64,000 nucleotides of DNA, taken from NCBI GenBank assembly GCA_964532495.1, contig CAZHJZ010000003.1, positions 67,747 through 131,746 on the forward strand, given 5' to 3'. Under the pieces are notes generated by a model. The model was not told the origin of the DNA and searched no databases. It worked only from the letters and a program-made list of their open reading frames with translations. Shown here one piece after another: positions 28,135-37,633 of this stretch (positions are counted from its first letter, which is position 1; each line of letters begins with the position of its first letter). Source of the DNA: an uncultured Candidatus Saccharibacteria bacterium. GTDB taxonomy: Bacteria > Patescibacteriota > Minisyncoccia > Phycocordibacterales > UBA9973. A program made the position numbers and the translations under genes.

Positions 28135-29655
28135 TTATCTCGCGTATTCTACAATTCGATTTTCACGGATGAGCGTGACTCGAATTTCTCCTGGATACTT
28201 GAGTTCTGCTTCGATCTTCTTGGCGATTTCGCGAGCCATGTCTTTTGCTTCGACATCGCTCACTTTTTCTGGAGTGACAAAGATGCGGATCTCGCGGCCA
28301 GCTGAGAGGGCGTATGATTTCTCAACGCCACCGAAGCCGTTAACGAGCGCTTCAAGTTCCTGCAAACGCTTCAAGTAGTTTTCTACACTGTCGCGTCGCG
28401 CACCTGGGCGTCCGCCTGAGATAATGTCGGCTGTCTGAACGATAACTGCTTCCATAGATTCGTGAGGGCAGTCGTCGTGGTGAGACTTCATAGCAGTGAT
28501 CACACGTGGATCAGCACCGAACTTCTGAAGGATACGCATACCGATGTCGATGTGTGTTCCCTGAACTTCGTGGTCGAGAGCCTTACCGATGTCGTGAACG
28601 AGAGCACCAGCTTTTGCGACAGCCACGTCAGCACCGAGCTCTTCTGCGAGCATGCCGGCGATGTGCGCCATTTCAATAGAGTGCTGAAGCACATTTTGTC
28701 CGTAGCTGGTTCGGAAGTAGAGTCGTCCGACGATAGCGATCACGCGAGGATCAAAGTTGAAGATGCCGCATTCGAATACTGCTTCTTCACCTTTTTGCTT
28801 GATGATCTTGTTGATGTCTTCCTGAGCCTTGATGACCATTTCTTCGATCTTGGCTGGCTGTATGCGTCCGTCCATTATCAAGTTCTCAAGCGCAAGTCGA
28901 GCGACCTGGCGGCGAACTGGATCGAATGAAGAGATGATGATAGTACCAGGAGTTTCATCGACGATAAGTTCAACACCTGCTGAGCGTTCGAAAGCTCGAA
29001 TGTTGCGGCCTTCCTTTCCGATAATCTTTCCTTTGATTTCATCGTTTGGGATACTGACAGCAGTTGTCATCATCTCGCCTGCAGTTGATGAAGCGAGACG
29101 CTGGATAGTCGTAGAAAGAATATCTTTCGCGCGGCGTTCGAGTTTGTCCTGAGAATTCTGTTCGAGTTTCTGCATGCGTACCAAGAAGTCTTCTTCGTAC
29201 TTGCGTTCCACTTCGATCATGAGCTGGTCGCGTGCTTCTTCGGATTTCAATCCGGAAACGCGCTCGAGCTCCTTTCGCTTTTCTTCACTAGCGTTATCAA
29301 TGCGTTCTTTGATCTTCTTGATCTCTTCCACTTTGGATTTGATGTTCTCGACTTCTCGGTCGATCTCGATCTGTCGAGTATCAAGGAGTTCTTCTTTTTT
29401 GATCAGGCGCTTTTCAGTCTCTTTGAATTTCTCGTCCTTTTCGCGTTCGAGATTTCGAAGTTCGACGTCTTTTTCGTCTGCCTTTTTCTTGGCCTCATCG
29501 ACGATGCGATTGGCCTCTTCTTTGGCGCCGACGAGCATTTCCTTGATTTCAAGTTCGATCGAACCTTTCTGTCCGAGCGACTTGATCATCCGCAGGTAAT
29601 ACCCGATCCCTGTTCCCAGGGCGAGGGCGGCGATTGCTACTATAATTGTAATCAT
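28135..29655 (-). CDS. rny: ribonuclease Y
   Basis: N-terminal TM anchor, coiled-coil, KH domain (IGKEGRNIR), HD domain (HSIEMAHIAG...VHDIGK). Confidence 0.9.
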   Translation of the reverse strand: MITIIVAIAALALGTGIGYYLRMIKSLGQKGSIELEIKEMLVGAKEEANRIVDEAKKKADEKDVELRNLEREKDEKFKETEKRLIKKEELLDTRQIEIDREVENIKSKVEEIKKIKERIDNASEEKRKELERVSGLKSEEARDQLMIEVERKYEEDFLVRMQKLEQNSQDKLERRAKDILSTTIQRLASSTAGEMMTTAVSIPNDEIKGKIIGKEGRNIRAFERSAGVELIVDETPGTIIISSFDPVRRQVARLALENLIMDGRIQPAKIEEMVIKAQEDINKIIKQKGEEAVFECGIFNFDPRVIAIVGRLYFRTSYGQNVLQHSIEMAHIAGMLAEELGADVAVAKAGALVHDIGKALDHEVQGTHIDIGMRILQKFGADPRVITAMKSHHDDCPHESMEAVIVQTADIISGGRPGARRDSVENYLKRLQELEALVNGFGGVEKSYALSAGREIRIFVTPEKVSDVEAKDMAREIAKKIEAELKYPGEIRVTLIRENRIVEYAR

Positions 29656-29851
29656 GGCGACCTTTAGGCCGACGAATTAGGAGCGAAGTTTGGCTTCAAT
29701 AGGGTGCAACATATTTGATTGGGAGATGAGGTGGAAAGTCATGCAATGTGGTCACTAATTGGGCAGTTCGTTCGTAATGCGGAGGCCAACTAACTTATTA
29801 AAATTCAACAATTTCATCTTAGCAACAAAAGGGTATTCTGTCTATGCCATA

Positions 29852-29880
29852 TTGACTTAATGCTGTCAATAGGGTATAAT
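29852..29880 (+). promoter_or_regulatory. sigma70-like promoter (TTGACT-17-TATAAT)
   Basis: TTGACT 29852-57, 17-bp spacer containing GTCAATAGGG, TATAAT 29875-80; upstream of small ORFs 29902/30003. Confidence 0.5.
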
Positions 29881-29901
29881 ACATACAAATAAAAATCCTT
29901 T

Positions 29902-30105
29902 ATGCAAATAATGTATGTACTGTTAAAAACCGGAAATCCTCACAGTGATTTCTATGCCGTAATGCTCAGCAATTTAATTCCCGCCGCACTCATCATCGCC
30001 ATGTGTCTTTTCTTGCGCAAGCGCAAAGAAAAACAAGAGACAGCTGGAGAAACAATGATGAGCAAAATCAGGAAAAATGTAATGAGTTATTCTTCAAAAA
30101 ACTAA
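29902..30105 (+). CDS. small hydrophobic hypothetical protein; may be frameshift-linked to 30003..30290
   Basis: 67-aa ORF with one TM-like segment right after a consensus promoter; overlaps a second small TM-containing ORF in another frame. Confidence 0.25.
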   Translation: MQIMYVLLKTGNPHSDFYAVMLSNLIPAALIIAMCLFLRKRKEKQETAGETMMSKIRKNVMSYSSKN

Positions 30106-30306
30106 ACCAAAAAAACAGAAACATGCATTTCACACCTTTAGCCATTATTTTGGCAATCCCTATCGTACCTGCTACTCTCGCAATTTGCGCGATACTCACT
30201 GTACCTTTTACCCTTACTTCTTGGGGTAAAGATGAAAAGAGTGTATCTACGCAAGAGGCTTTAGAGCAAGCCGTTTGGTACAAAAACTAATTTACTGGCT
30301 TCGGTC

Positions 30307-30347
30307 AAAAAGCAAAAGCGCTCAGGTTTTATCCCGAGCGCTTTTTT
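30307..30347. terminator. terminator of clpP (bidirectional)
   Basis: agcgctcagg-ttttat-cccgagcgct; the single mismatch becomes G-U on the minus-strand transcript; A/T runs on both sides. Confidence 0.65.
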
Positions 30348-30353
30348 ATATGC

Positions 30354-30938
30354 TTATTTCTTCTTTGTTCCGATGATCTCATCGATCAAGCCGTATTTCT
30401 TTGCCTCTTCTGCTGACATGTAGTAGTCGCGGTCTGAGTCTTTTTCGATCTGTTCGATCTTCTTGCCGGCATTGTCAGCGAGGATCTTGTTCAATTTAGC
30501 CTTTGTTTTCAAGATATGTCGGGCTACGATCTCAATATCTGATGCCTGTCCTTCAGCTCCGCCCATAACCTGGTGGATCATGACTTCTGAGTTAGGGAGA
30601 CAAAGACGCTTGCCCTTGGTTCCAGACGAGAGAAGAACGGCTGCAGCAGAGGCTGCGATACCCACGCATATCGTTGAAACGTCTGGCTTGATGTGGTTCA
30701 TCGTATCATAAATAGCCATAGCCGCAGTAACTGAGCCGCCAGGTGAGTTGATATAGAGCATAATGTCCTTTTTAGGGTCTTCGTGCTCGAGATGGAGCAG
30801 CTGCGCGATGACAATATTGGCTACATTGTCATCAATACCTCCGCCGAGGAAGATAATGCGCTCGTTCAAGAGACGAGAGTAGATATCGTACGCTCGCTCG
30901 CCGAACTGTGATTTTTCGATAACTGTTGGAATTAACAT
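30354..30938 (-). CDS. clpP: ATP-dependent Clp protease proteolytic subunit
   Basis: [19 protein letters not shown], catalytic Ser/His/Asp context ([15 protein letters not shown]). Confidence 0.9.
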   Translation of the reverse strand: MLIPTVIEKSQFGERAYDIYSRLLNERIIFLGGGIDDNVANIVIAQLLHLEHEDPKKDIMLYINSPGGSVTAAMAIYDTMNHIKPDVSTICVGIAASAAAVLLSSGTKGKRLCLPNSEVMIHQVMGGAEGQASDIEIVARHILKTKAKLNKILADNAGKKIEQIEKDSDRDYYMSAEEAKKYGLIDEIIGTKKK

Positions 30939-31004
30939 TGATTTACAAGGGTTTATTACAGGTTACTAATGTATCTCCAAACAGTATAGCAGATAGGAAG
31001 GAGC

Positions 31005-31034
31005 TTGACAATAGGGTATGTATTGTGCTATAAT
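31005..31034 (+). promoter_or_regulatory. sigma70-like promoter (TTGACA-18-TATAAT)
   Basis: TTGACA 31005-10 ... TATAAT 31029-34; shares GTCAATAGGGTAT with the 29852 promoter. Confidence 0.45.
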
Positions 31035-31147
31035 AGATGGGTAAGGTTCTTTGAAAAGGATGGCGGAAGAATGTTTAGCCGAGGGCTCAATACTTGAGCT
31101 TTGGACTAAACATTCTTAATCCTAACCATTTAAATAATAATTATTGT

Positions 31148-31690
31148 ATGAAAACTTCAAATTTAACCTTAATCCTGATTGCAATCGTATTAGTAACCTT
31201 CAGCTCTTGCCGCAAGAACTGCAATGACACATTAGATTGTGGCCAACAGCAGCAACAGTATGGCAACTACCAACAGAGTATTATCGGTAACTCGAGCAAT
31301 ACTTACACCAACACCACTACTACTACGAATACCAACACTACAACTACTACGAACTACGTTACTGACAGTACTTACTTCAACTTCAGCGATCCCGGAGCAA
31401 TTCTGAGCTTCGATGATTCTCCTGAAAGCAATGTAGGCGATACTGTATGGGTTTTAACAAGCTGTACGCTTGATGGCCCTAACGAAACTGGTACTGTTGT
31501 AAATGATGCTGAGCATGTAATTATTACAAGCGCTACTACTTATAGAAAAGTAGGCCCAAGTTACAATGCTTGCCATGCAAAACTGGCACACTACCGGTCT
31601 GATATGCCGAAATTAAAAGGTGATATTTTTGAAAGATTCCGTCCCGGAACAGCAAGAAATATGCTGATAGTAAGAATTTCAGAAATATAA
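31148..31690 (+). CDS. lipoprotein, hypothetical (Thr/Asn-rich linker)
   Basis: MKTSNLTLILIAIVLVTFSSC lipobox-like signal; TNTTTTTNTNTTTTTN low-complexity linker; terminator hairpin at 31717-31765. Confidence 0.45.
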   Translation: MKTSNLTLILIAIVLVTFSSCRKNCNDTLDCGQQQQQYGNYQQSIIGNSSNTYTNTTTTTNTNTTTTTNYVTDSTYFNFSDPGAILSFDDSPESNVGDTVWVLTSCTLDGPNETGTVVNDAEHVIITSATTYRKVGPSYNACHAKLAHYRSDMPKLKGDIFERFRPGTARNMLIVRISEI

Positions 31691-31830
31691 ACAATTAGTG
31701 CAAAATACAACAATGAAGCTAACAACGGTGGGAAACCTGAGTTAGCTTCTTTTTTTTACCCAAAATACGAAATATGCTAAAGAAAAACAGCGCACTCTTG
31801 CAAGTACGCCGTCGTTCTAAAAAAGTTTTT

Positions 31831-32904
31831 TTATTTTCCTTCCAAGATCTTGAATACTGCTTCGTTGATCTGGATCTGTTCTACATAATCCTTCGCTCGT
31901 CCTCGATCTGCTCCTGGGTATCCGCGCATGATTTCTTCAATCTGCTTTTCGGTTTCAGCGGCATCGGGAACTACTTTTTCTTGCTTCGCGATTTCTGCGA
32001 TGAGGAGTTCCATCTTCACTCGCTTCTCAGCATCAGCTCGGAGTTCGTCGCGCATCTGCGCTTCCGATTTTCCAAGATGCTTCATGTAGTCATCGTATGA
32101 AAGTCCCATTCCTGAAATATCCATTCGCATTCGATATGTCATGCGGTCGAGCTCAGCTTCAACGAGAACGTTTGGGATAACAGTCGTTGTTCCTTCCAAA
32201 ATCTTTTCCATGATATTCAATCGGTTCGCTTCGCGAGCGCGATTTTCTTTTTCAAGCTTCATGTTATCTCGGAATTTTGTCTTGAAGTCTTCGACGTTCT
32301 CGACATTGCCGAGCGTCTTTACGTATTCGTCAGTGAGTTCCGGAAGTTCTTCTTTGACTGCTTCCGCGCCCTCGACTGGTTCTGGGTTGGCGATGCCTTT
32401 TGCCATGTTTTCTTTTTCGATATTTTCCTTGATTCCTTTCGCGCGCATTTCTCGGATTTCCATCAATGCTTTTTCGAATTCCTCATCGGTAACATCGGTA
32501 GATTCGTCTTTGTGTTCAGCCTTTGCGATCTTCTTATAGTCAGGGAGTTTTACTTCCGGCATGACCGCTGTCTTGATGACGAAGCCGAGAGGATTGCCTT
32601 TGGCGATCTTGGTGATCTGCACTGCAGGTGATCCGATGGCTTCGACTTTGTGTTCAGCAAGAAGCTTTGGGTACATATCCATGATGGCGTGGTTAGCCAT
32701 TTCTTCAAGGATTGCCATTTCTGGAACATTCTTTTCGATAATGCTTTCTGGAGCTTTTCCTTTTCGAAATCCTGGGATCTCGAGATTGCCGCCAACGTGA
32801 CCGATGGCGTGCGAGCGGTAGCTGTCGAAGACTTCAGCGGCGATCTCGCCAGTGAATTCTGCTTCGCCTCCGTCTAATTTTTTGTAAGTTGCTGTGTATG
32901 ACAT
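31831..32904 (-). CDS. tig: trigger factor, short form lacking the FKBP-type PPIase domain
   Basis: N-terminal ribosome-binding domain with GFRKGKAP signature; C-terminal TF arm domain; 357 aa with no PPIase segment. Confidence 0.75.
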   Translation of the reverse strand: MSYTATYKKLDGGEAEFTGEIAAEVFDSYRSHAIGHVGGNLEIPGFRKGKAPESIIEKNVPEMAILEEMANHAIMDMYPKLLAEHKVEAIGSPAVQITKIAKGNPLGFVIKTAVMPEVKLPDYKKIAKAEHKDESTDVTDEEFEKALMEIREMRAKGIKENIEKENMAKGIANPEPVEGAEAVKEELPELTDEYVKTLGNVENVEDFKTKFRDNMKLEKENRAREANRLNIMEKILEGTTTVIPNVLVEAELDRMTYRMRMDISGMGLSYDDYMKHLGKSEAQMRDELRADAEKRVKMELLIAEIAKQEKVVPDAAETEKQIEEIMRGYPGADRGRAKDYVEQIQINEAVFKILEGK

Positions 32905-32906
32905 GA

Positions 32907-33143
32907 TTAGAAACTATTATCTGTAATGGTTGAACTTGGTGCTTGAATGACAGTAGCTTGGTTGTTCTCGACTGGCGTAAGGGCGAGAGAGTCGCCGTTC
33001 TTGTAAATAAGTACGCCTGCGGTGATGGTGCTTGCGATGATGAGACAAGCAAAGATGAATTCTTTGATATCGTTCAAGCTATGCTTCGGCGGTTGTGAAT
33101 TGACTCCGTTGTTGTGCATAATATTATTTATTCTTAGTAGCAA
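32907..33143 (-). CDS. small membrane protein, hypothetical
   Basis: 78-aa ORF with one TM helix, immediately upstream of tig. Confidence 0.3.
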   Translation of the reverse strand: MLLRINNIMHNNGVNSQPPKHSLNDIKEFIFACLIIASTITAGVLIYKNGDSLALTPVENNQATVIQAPSSTITDNSF

Positions 33144-33750
33144 TAAATTGCATAAGTACTGCTGCCGTTCGTCCTTCGTCGATCATTCCTTCAAGACACA
33201 TCTGTTGTACCTCAGAGAATGGCACCCATTTTGAATCTGTGATCTCTTCCGCTTCTTCATGAGAATGATCATGAGCACTTTCAGTCGGGTTCTCAGCGAT
33301 AAGATAATACAGATCCCATTCTACCGAAGCGCCGCACGAAGATTTTTTGAACAATTCAAGAGTAGTTGCTTCGAGCTTTGCTTCTTCTCTGAGTTCTTTT
33401 TTTCCTGCTTCAACAATGATATCTAGCGGAATTGCTTTGCCAATGTACTGCGCGTAGTCTTCAAAGCTGTCGACTACTTTTCCTCCCGGAAGGCGCCAGT
33501 CGTAGCCAGTTGCTGATTCGAGGCGTCGTTCGCGATGAAGATATATCGTATCGCCTTTGCAGGCAATAATGCGAGTGCCGGGCGGTCGGGCGAAACGCTC
33601 AAACATTTTCTTTACATAGCCGTTGCCTTGATCAACTAGAACTGGGAATGAAACGATAGCTCCGAGCTTTCCTTTGGAACCAATAATCGGTTCGCCATCC
33701 GGAATGATGAGTGGTTCGTCAGAATTTCGAGGCCGTACGATATCGCTCAT
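33124..33750 (-). CDS. NUDIX hydrolase
   Basis: Nudix-box-like LPGGKVVDSFEDY...AGKKELREEAKLE; start trimmed to MSDIVRP, 4 nt after the ppa stop. Confidence 0.5.
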   Translation of the reverse strand: MSDIVRPRNSDEPLIIPDGEPIIGSKGKLGAIVSFPVLVDQGNGYVKKMFERFARPPGTRIIACKGDTIYLHRERRLESATGYDWRLPGGKVVDSFEDYAQYIGKAIPLDIIVEAGKKELREEAKLEATTLELFKKSSCGASVEWDLYYLIAENPTESAHDHSHEEAEEITDSKWVPFSEVQQMCLEGMIDEGRTAAVLMQFIATKNK

Positions 33751-33754
33751 ACTA

Positions 33755-34339
33755 TTAATCAAGCAAGTGAGCGTAATCCTTTTGGTAGCGCTCAGTGCAT
33801 TCATCAATAATCTTGAGAGCTTCTTCAGTGTCAAAGAATCCTTCAACGAGACATGAATTCATTTTTTTGAGGTCTTTATAATGTTCCCAATAATTCTGAA
33901 TTTCTTTTTTTACATGTTCGCCGAACTGGTCGATTGAAGTAATGTGATCCATTCGCTTGTCATCATTCAATACTGCGATAACTTTGTCATCGACTTCTCC
34001 ACTGTCAGTGAATTTCATGATGCCGATAATTCGTGCTTCAACGAGACAGCCGGGAGCAAGAGGTTCGTTTGTTCCTACGATCTGAATATCAAGCGCGTCG
34101 TTATCTTGGTCGAGTGTTCCTGGTATTGCGCCGTATGCGACTGGGAATGCGAGTGAAGAGTATCCAACTCGATCAAGTTTGAGCTGGCCAGTTTCAGTGA
34201 TCAATTCGTATTTGTTGATCGTACCTGGGTTGATCTCGATGATAGCGTTTACTACCTTGCGTGATTCGTCAGTGAATGGAGGAAGGACATGCAGCAAGTT
34301 GAGCATGTACTTTGATGGTTTGTGATTGATGTTTGCCAT
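33755..34339 (-). CDS. ppa: inorganic pyrophosphatase (family I)
   Basis: EINPGTINKYE, DALDIQIVG, DDKVIAVLNDD active-site motifs. Confidence 0.9.
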   Translation of the reverse strand: MANINHKPSKYMLNLLHVLPPFTDESRKVVNAIIEINPGTINKYELITETGQLKLDRVGYSSLAFPVAYGAIPGTLDQDNDALDIQIVGTNEPLAPGCLVEARIIGIMKFTDSGEVDDKVIAVLNDDKRMDHITSIDQFGEHVKKEIQNYWEHYKDLKKMNSCLVEGFFDTEEALKIIDECTERYQKDYAHLLD

Positions 34340-34382
34340 AATGAATAGTAGTTAGGAATAAGTATTCTTCTATTTCAATTAT

Positions 34383-35648
34383 TTATTCGGCTGCCTCTGC
34401 TTCTGCCACAGCTTCGCCGGTAACTTCTGTTGGAAGATTTTCTGCTGCTGGTTCAAGCGCTTCTGGTTCGCCGGTTTTTGCATTGTCTACTTCGACAGAT
34501 TCGCCGTCAGATGAAACAACTTCGTCAGACTTTACGCCCTTGATGTCGATTCTCCATCCAGTAAGTTTTGCAGCGAGACGAACGTTCTGTCCGCCTTTGC
34601 CGATTGCGAGAGAGAGGACATCGTCAGTAACTTCAACGCTTGCTTTGTGTTCAGCATCGTCAACATTTACCGAAAGAATGTTCTGAGATTTTACTGGTGA
34701 AAGTGCTTTCGCAACATATGTCGCAGTATCCGGTGACCATTCAATGATGTCGATTTTTTCATTTCCAAGTTCGCTCATGACAGTTGTCACGCGAATGCCT
34801 TTTTGTCCGACGCATGATCCTACTGGATCAACATGCTCGTCGTTTGACCAGACCGCGATTTTTGATCGTGAGCCTGCTTCGCGGGCGATTGATTTGATTT
34901 CAACTGTTCCTGATGCAACTTCCGGAGCTTCGATAGCAAACAATGCTTCGATAAGCTTAGGATGCGTGCGGGACAATTTTACAGATACGCCTCGTGGCGT
35001 GTCTTCAACCTGGTAGAGGTATGCTTTGATGCGTTCGCCGCGGTTCCATCGTTCGCCAGGGATTTGTTCTTCGTAAGGAATGATTCCTGTTACGCGGTTG
35101 ATATCAACATAGAGAACTCCGCGCTCGAATTTCTGAACAACGCCGGAGATGATATCTCCTTCGTGTCCGCCGAATTCTGCCAAAACGCCTTCGCGTTCAG
35201 CTTCACGGATTTTTTGAATAATGACCTGTTTTGCAGTTTGAGCTGCGATGCGGCCGAAGTCATCCTGAGTTTCGAGCGGGAAGATGAGTTCGTCGCCTGG
35301 TTTTGCGCCTTTTTTGATGAGTTGAGCGTTTTCTACGAGAATGTGATGTTCTTCATTGAAGCGTACGCGTTCGTCGCCTTCGGGAGTTTCTGGTTCTTCT
35401 GCCGCTTCTTCGCCTTCAACCGGCATGCGGACTTCAGTAGGGTCGACAACGAGCTTAACCTGATAGAAATCGGTCGTTCCTGTCTCTTCGTTGAAACGGG
35501 TACGGACGATCTGACCGCGCTTTCCGTAGTCTTTCTTGTAAGCAGCCGCGAGTGCCTGTTCGATGGCCTCGAGGATCTTCGCTTTTGGTATTTTGCGTTC
35601 TTCTTCGAGCTGAGTCAAAGCAGAGTGCATAGTTTTGAGATCTAACAT
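34383..35648 (-). CDS. nusA: transcription termination/antitermination factor NusA
   Basis: NusA N-domain, S1 and two KH domains; acidic C-terminal tail. Confidence 0.9.
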   Translation of the reverse strand: MLDLKTMHSALTQLEEERKIPKAKILEAIEQALAAAYKKDYGKRGQIVRTRFNEETGTTDFYQVKLVVDPTEVRMPVEGEEAAEEPETPEGDERVRFNEEHHILVENAQLIKKGAKPGDELIFPLETQDDFGRIAAQTAKQVIIQKIREAEREGVLAEFGGHEGDIISGVVQKFERGVLYVDINRVTGIIPYEEQIPGERWNRGERIKAYLYQVEDTPRGVSVKLSRTHPKLIEALFAIEAPEVASGTVEIKSIAREAGSRSKIAVWSNDEHVDPVGSCVGQKGIRVTTVMSELGNEKIDIIEWSPDTATYVAKALSPVKSQNILSVNVDDAEHKASVEVTDDVLSLAIGKGGQNVRLAAKLTGWRIDIKGVKSDEVVSSDGESVEVDNAKTGEPEALEPAAENLPTEVTGEAVAEAEAAE

Positions 35649-35815
35649 ATGTAGTTTTGCGGTTTTTTCTTAGATATCCTTATTTTTTAAGGGTCTAATA
35701 GAAAACCAGACTATTAAGTTTTAATAAAAAGAGTCGGGCGAAACCGACCGACTAACGTAGGGAATATACCAAAAAACACCCTAAAAGGCAATCTGGTGCT
35801 GTTTTGGATTTGGGG

Positions 35816-35928
35816 GCGCTACGTCATACATCCTTCAGAGGCAACGCCATAAAACTTAGAGAAGTTTTTGGCTCCTGCTCGCGCCGTCGCGCTCCGCAAG
35901 TGCCTCTAAAGGATGTATGACGTAGCGC
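35816..35928. repeat. inverted repeat / hairpin A (28-nt arms, 27/28 complementary, 57-nt loop)
   Basis: GCGCTACGTCATACATCCTTCAGAGGCA (35816-35843) vs TGCCTCTAAAGGATGTATGACGTAGCGC (35901-35928). Confidence 0.8.
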
Positions 35929-35932
35929 TTTG

Positions 35933-35977
35933 ACATCTTCTCTCTATATTCCAATCATCCTCTTTACCGTAAGAGTG
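35933..35977. repeat. copy 1 of a ~50-nt dispersed intergenic repeat (second copy at 43634..43684)
   Basis: Identical 17-mer ACATCTTCTCTCTATAT and 15-mer TTTACCGTAAGAGTG in both copies, divergent middle with shared AATC. Confidence 0.75.
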
Positions 35978-36013
35978 TATTTTGATAATGAGTGGGGCGA
36001 TGAGATGCTCAGG

Positions 36014-36120
36014 GCGCTTGCACTATGTGGCCTTGGAAGGGGCTTGCGGACTGCAGGAGCAGGAGCAAAAATCTCTCAAGATTTTATGCGTACCCTTCCA
36101 AGGCCACATAGTGCAAGCGC
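36014..36120. repeat. inverted repeat / hairpin B (28-nt perfect arms, 51-nt loop)
   Basis: GCGCTTGCACTATGTGGCCTTGGAAGGG (36014-36041) vs CCCTTCCAAGGCCACATAGTGCAAGCGC (36093-36120). Confidence 0.85.
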
Positions 36121-36185
36121 ACAACGATAATATAAATTCAGCATTAAACAGAAAACAATACTGTATGTGATAGAAGTGAATATGA

Positions 36186-36203
36186 TTATCCACATTATCC
36201 ACT
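36186..36203 (+). promoter_or_regulatory. two tandem DnaA-box-like 9-mers
   Basis: TTATCCACA (perfect consensus, 36186-94) directly followed by TTATCCACT (36195-203). Confidence 0.4.
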
Positions 36204-36277
36204 CGCCAGCACTTTACCAATACATATATGTGATACAATATACTCACTATCACTTAATAGAGTATTTATAACTCGTT

Positions 36278-37495
36278 ATGCAAAAATTTTTTACAAAAGA
36301 AATCATCCAAGCGCTCAAGGTCATCGTTCTCGGTCTTGTCCTTGGACTCGGTGTCTCAGTCGTTTCAGCTGACTGGGTTCAGCCATCAGCGCAAGCTCCT
36401 ACTTGTCAGAGCGGCAATCCTGGTTGTGACGCTCCTATCAACGTCTCTTCAAGCAATCAAAGTAAAGATGGACCAGCGTTGGCTTCAAAGTTCAACGTCT
36501 ATGGAATCTTTTCTGCTGATAAGGTTCTCGCATTTAATCAATTGTGGGTAAAGTCAAACACTGTTTCACCAATCAGCCCAACCGCAATTCAGTTTGGCGG
36601 ACGAGCAAACATTGATCTCAGCGATTGGAATCAAGACCCAGCAGTGAATGGTAATGCACGCGATGCTATTCAGATCACAGGTGGTCCTCGAGAGAATTCA
36701 GTTGGTATCATTACAAACAAGCCTCAATTTTACTTCTGGAATACTCCAGGTAATGGATACGCAACAGTGCAGGCAAAGAACATTCAGTTGACTGACGGAA
36801 CTCAAGGCGAAGGAAAAGCTTTGGTGTCAGACGCAAACGGACTTTCTTCATGGAAAGACATTACTCCACCGACACCAACAGTAACTGTCACAGGAGGTGA
36901 TATGGATGTTGTGATCATGGGACACAAGCGTAATGTCACAAACATGTCTGAGTTCAATACTGAAGCATACTGCCCAGCATCTCATCCTATCTTGCTCGGC
37001 GGAGGCGGCGACTGTCAAAGTCCAGCTGCAATAATACAGTCTCACCCAACATATCCTGGCAATGCTCGTCCTCGAACAGAGTATAACTACGATATCGAAA
37101 GTAATGAGCCAGCACAATCAGGATGGACAACAGTCTGCCGCATCCCATCAACTCCGAACGGTAAAGATGTGCACTCATGGGCAATTTGTGGAAAACTTAA
37201 CCCAGTAAGCGTAGTCTTGAATGCACCTGCAACTCCTACTCCAAACTGGGTTCCAGTTGGAAATGGTCCATTGCGAGGTCAAGATAACATAAGCTGTCTC
37301 GCATGGGTTCGTGGCTTGTATCCTACACATACTATCTCGGTAAATGATCTACGAGTAGGTACGCAAACAACTCTTGTTGGCAAATGCGGATACCTTCCAA
37401 TAGGAGGAGGAAACATCATTTATTATCCTGCAGATCAAGCTGTTACCGGAAAATATCCAGTTAACAATACTAACCTCCAGGTTAATCTCTACTAA
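36278..37495 (+). CDS. secreted hypothetical protein
   Basis: N-terminal TM/signal VIVLGLVLGLGVSVVSA; Gly/Asn/Thr-rich mature part. Confidence 0.45.
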   Translation: MQKFFTKEIIQALKVIVLGLVLGLGVSVVSADWVQPSAQAPTCQSGNPGCDAPINVSSSNQSKDGPALASKFNVYGIFSADKVLAFNQLWVKSNTVSPISPTAIQFGGRANIDLSDWNQDPAVNGNARDAIQITGGPRENSVGIITNKPQFYFWNTPGNGYATVQAKNIQLTDGTQGEGKALVSDANGLSSWKDITPPTPTVTVTGGDMDVVIMGHKRNVTNMSEFNTEAYCPASHPILLGGGGDCQSPAAIIQSHPTYPGNARPRTEYNYDIESNEPAQSGWTTVCRIPSTPNGKDVHSWAICGKLNPVSVVLNAPATPTPNWVPVGNGPLRGQDNISCLAWVRGLYPTHTISVNDLRVGTQTTLVGKCGYLPIGGGNIIYYPADQAVTGKYPVNNTNLQVNLY

Positions 37496-37512
37496 ATAAA
37501 GTATTGATAAAT

Positions 37513-37546
37513 AAAAAGCCCGGCGCCGTAGGCGCCGGGCTTTTGT
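37513..37546. terminator. bidirectional rho-independent terminator
   Basis: aaaaagcccggcgcc-gta-ggcgccgggctttt. Confidence 0.85.
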
Positions 37547-37633
37547 ATTGATTAGGATCATCTATACAAACAAATAAAAAAACTGCATATCCAAAAGGAT
37601 ATGCAGCGTTGTATTTTAAAATCGAATTTCGAA

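Noticed and set aside
35930-36170. ORFs 35930..36130 and 35982..36170 (+)
   Set aside because: Both read straight through the 28-bp perfect inverted repeat B, so their sequence is dictated by the palindrome. There is no start context.
36186-36203. Calling 35.6-36.3 kb the chromosomal origin (oriC)
   Set aside because: Only two DnaA-box 9-mers were found. dnaA and dnaN are not adjacent, and no AT-rich unwinding element was identified. I left it as a low-confidence regulatory note inside a broader finding.
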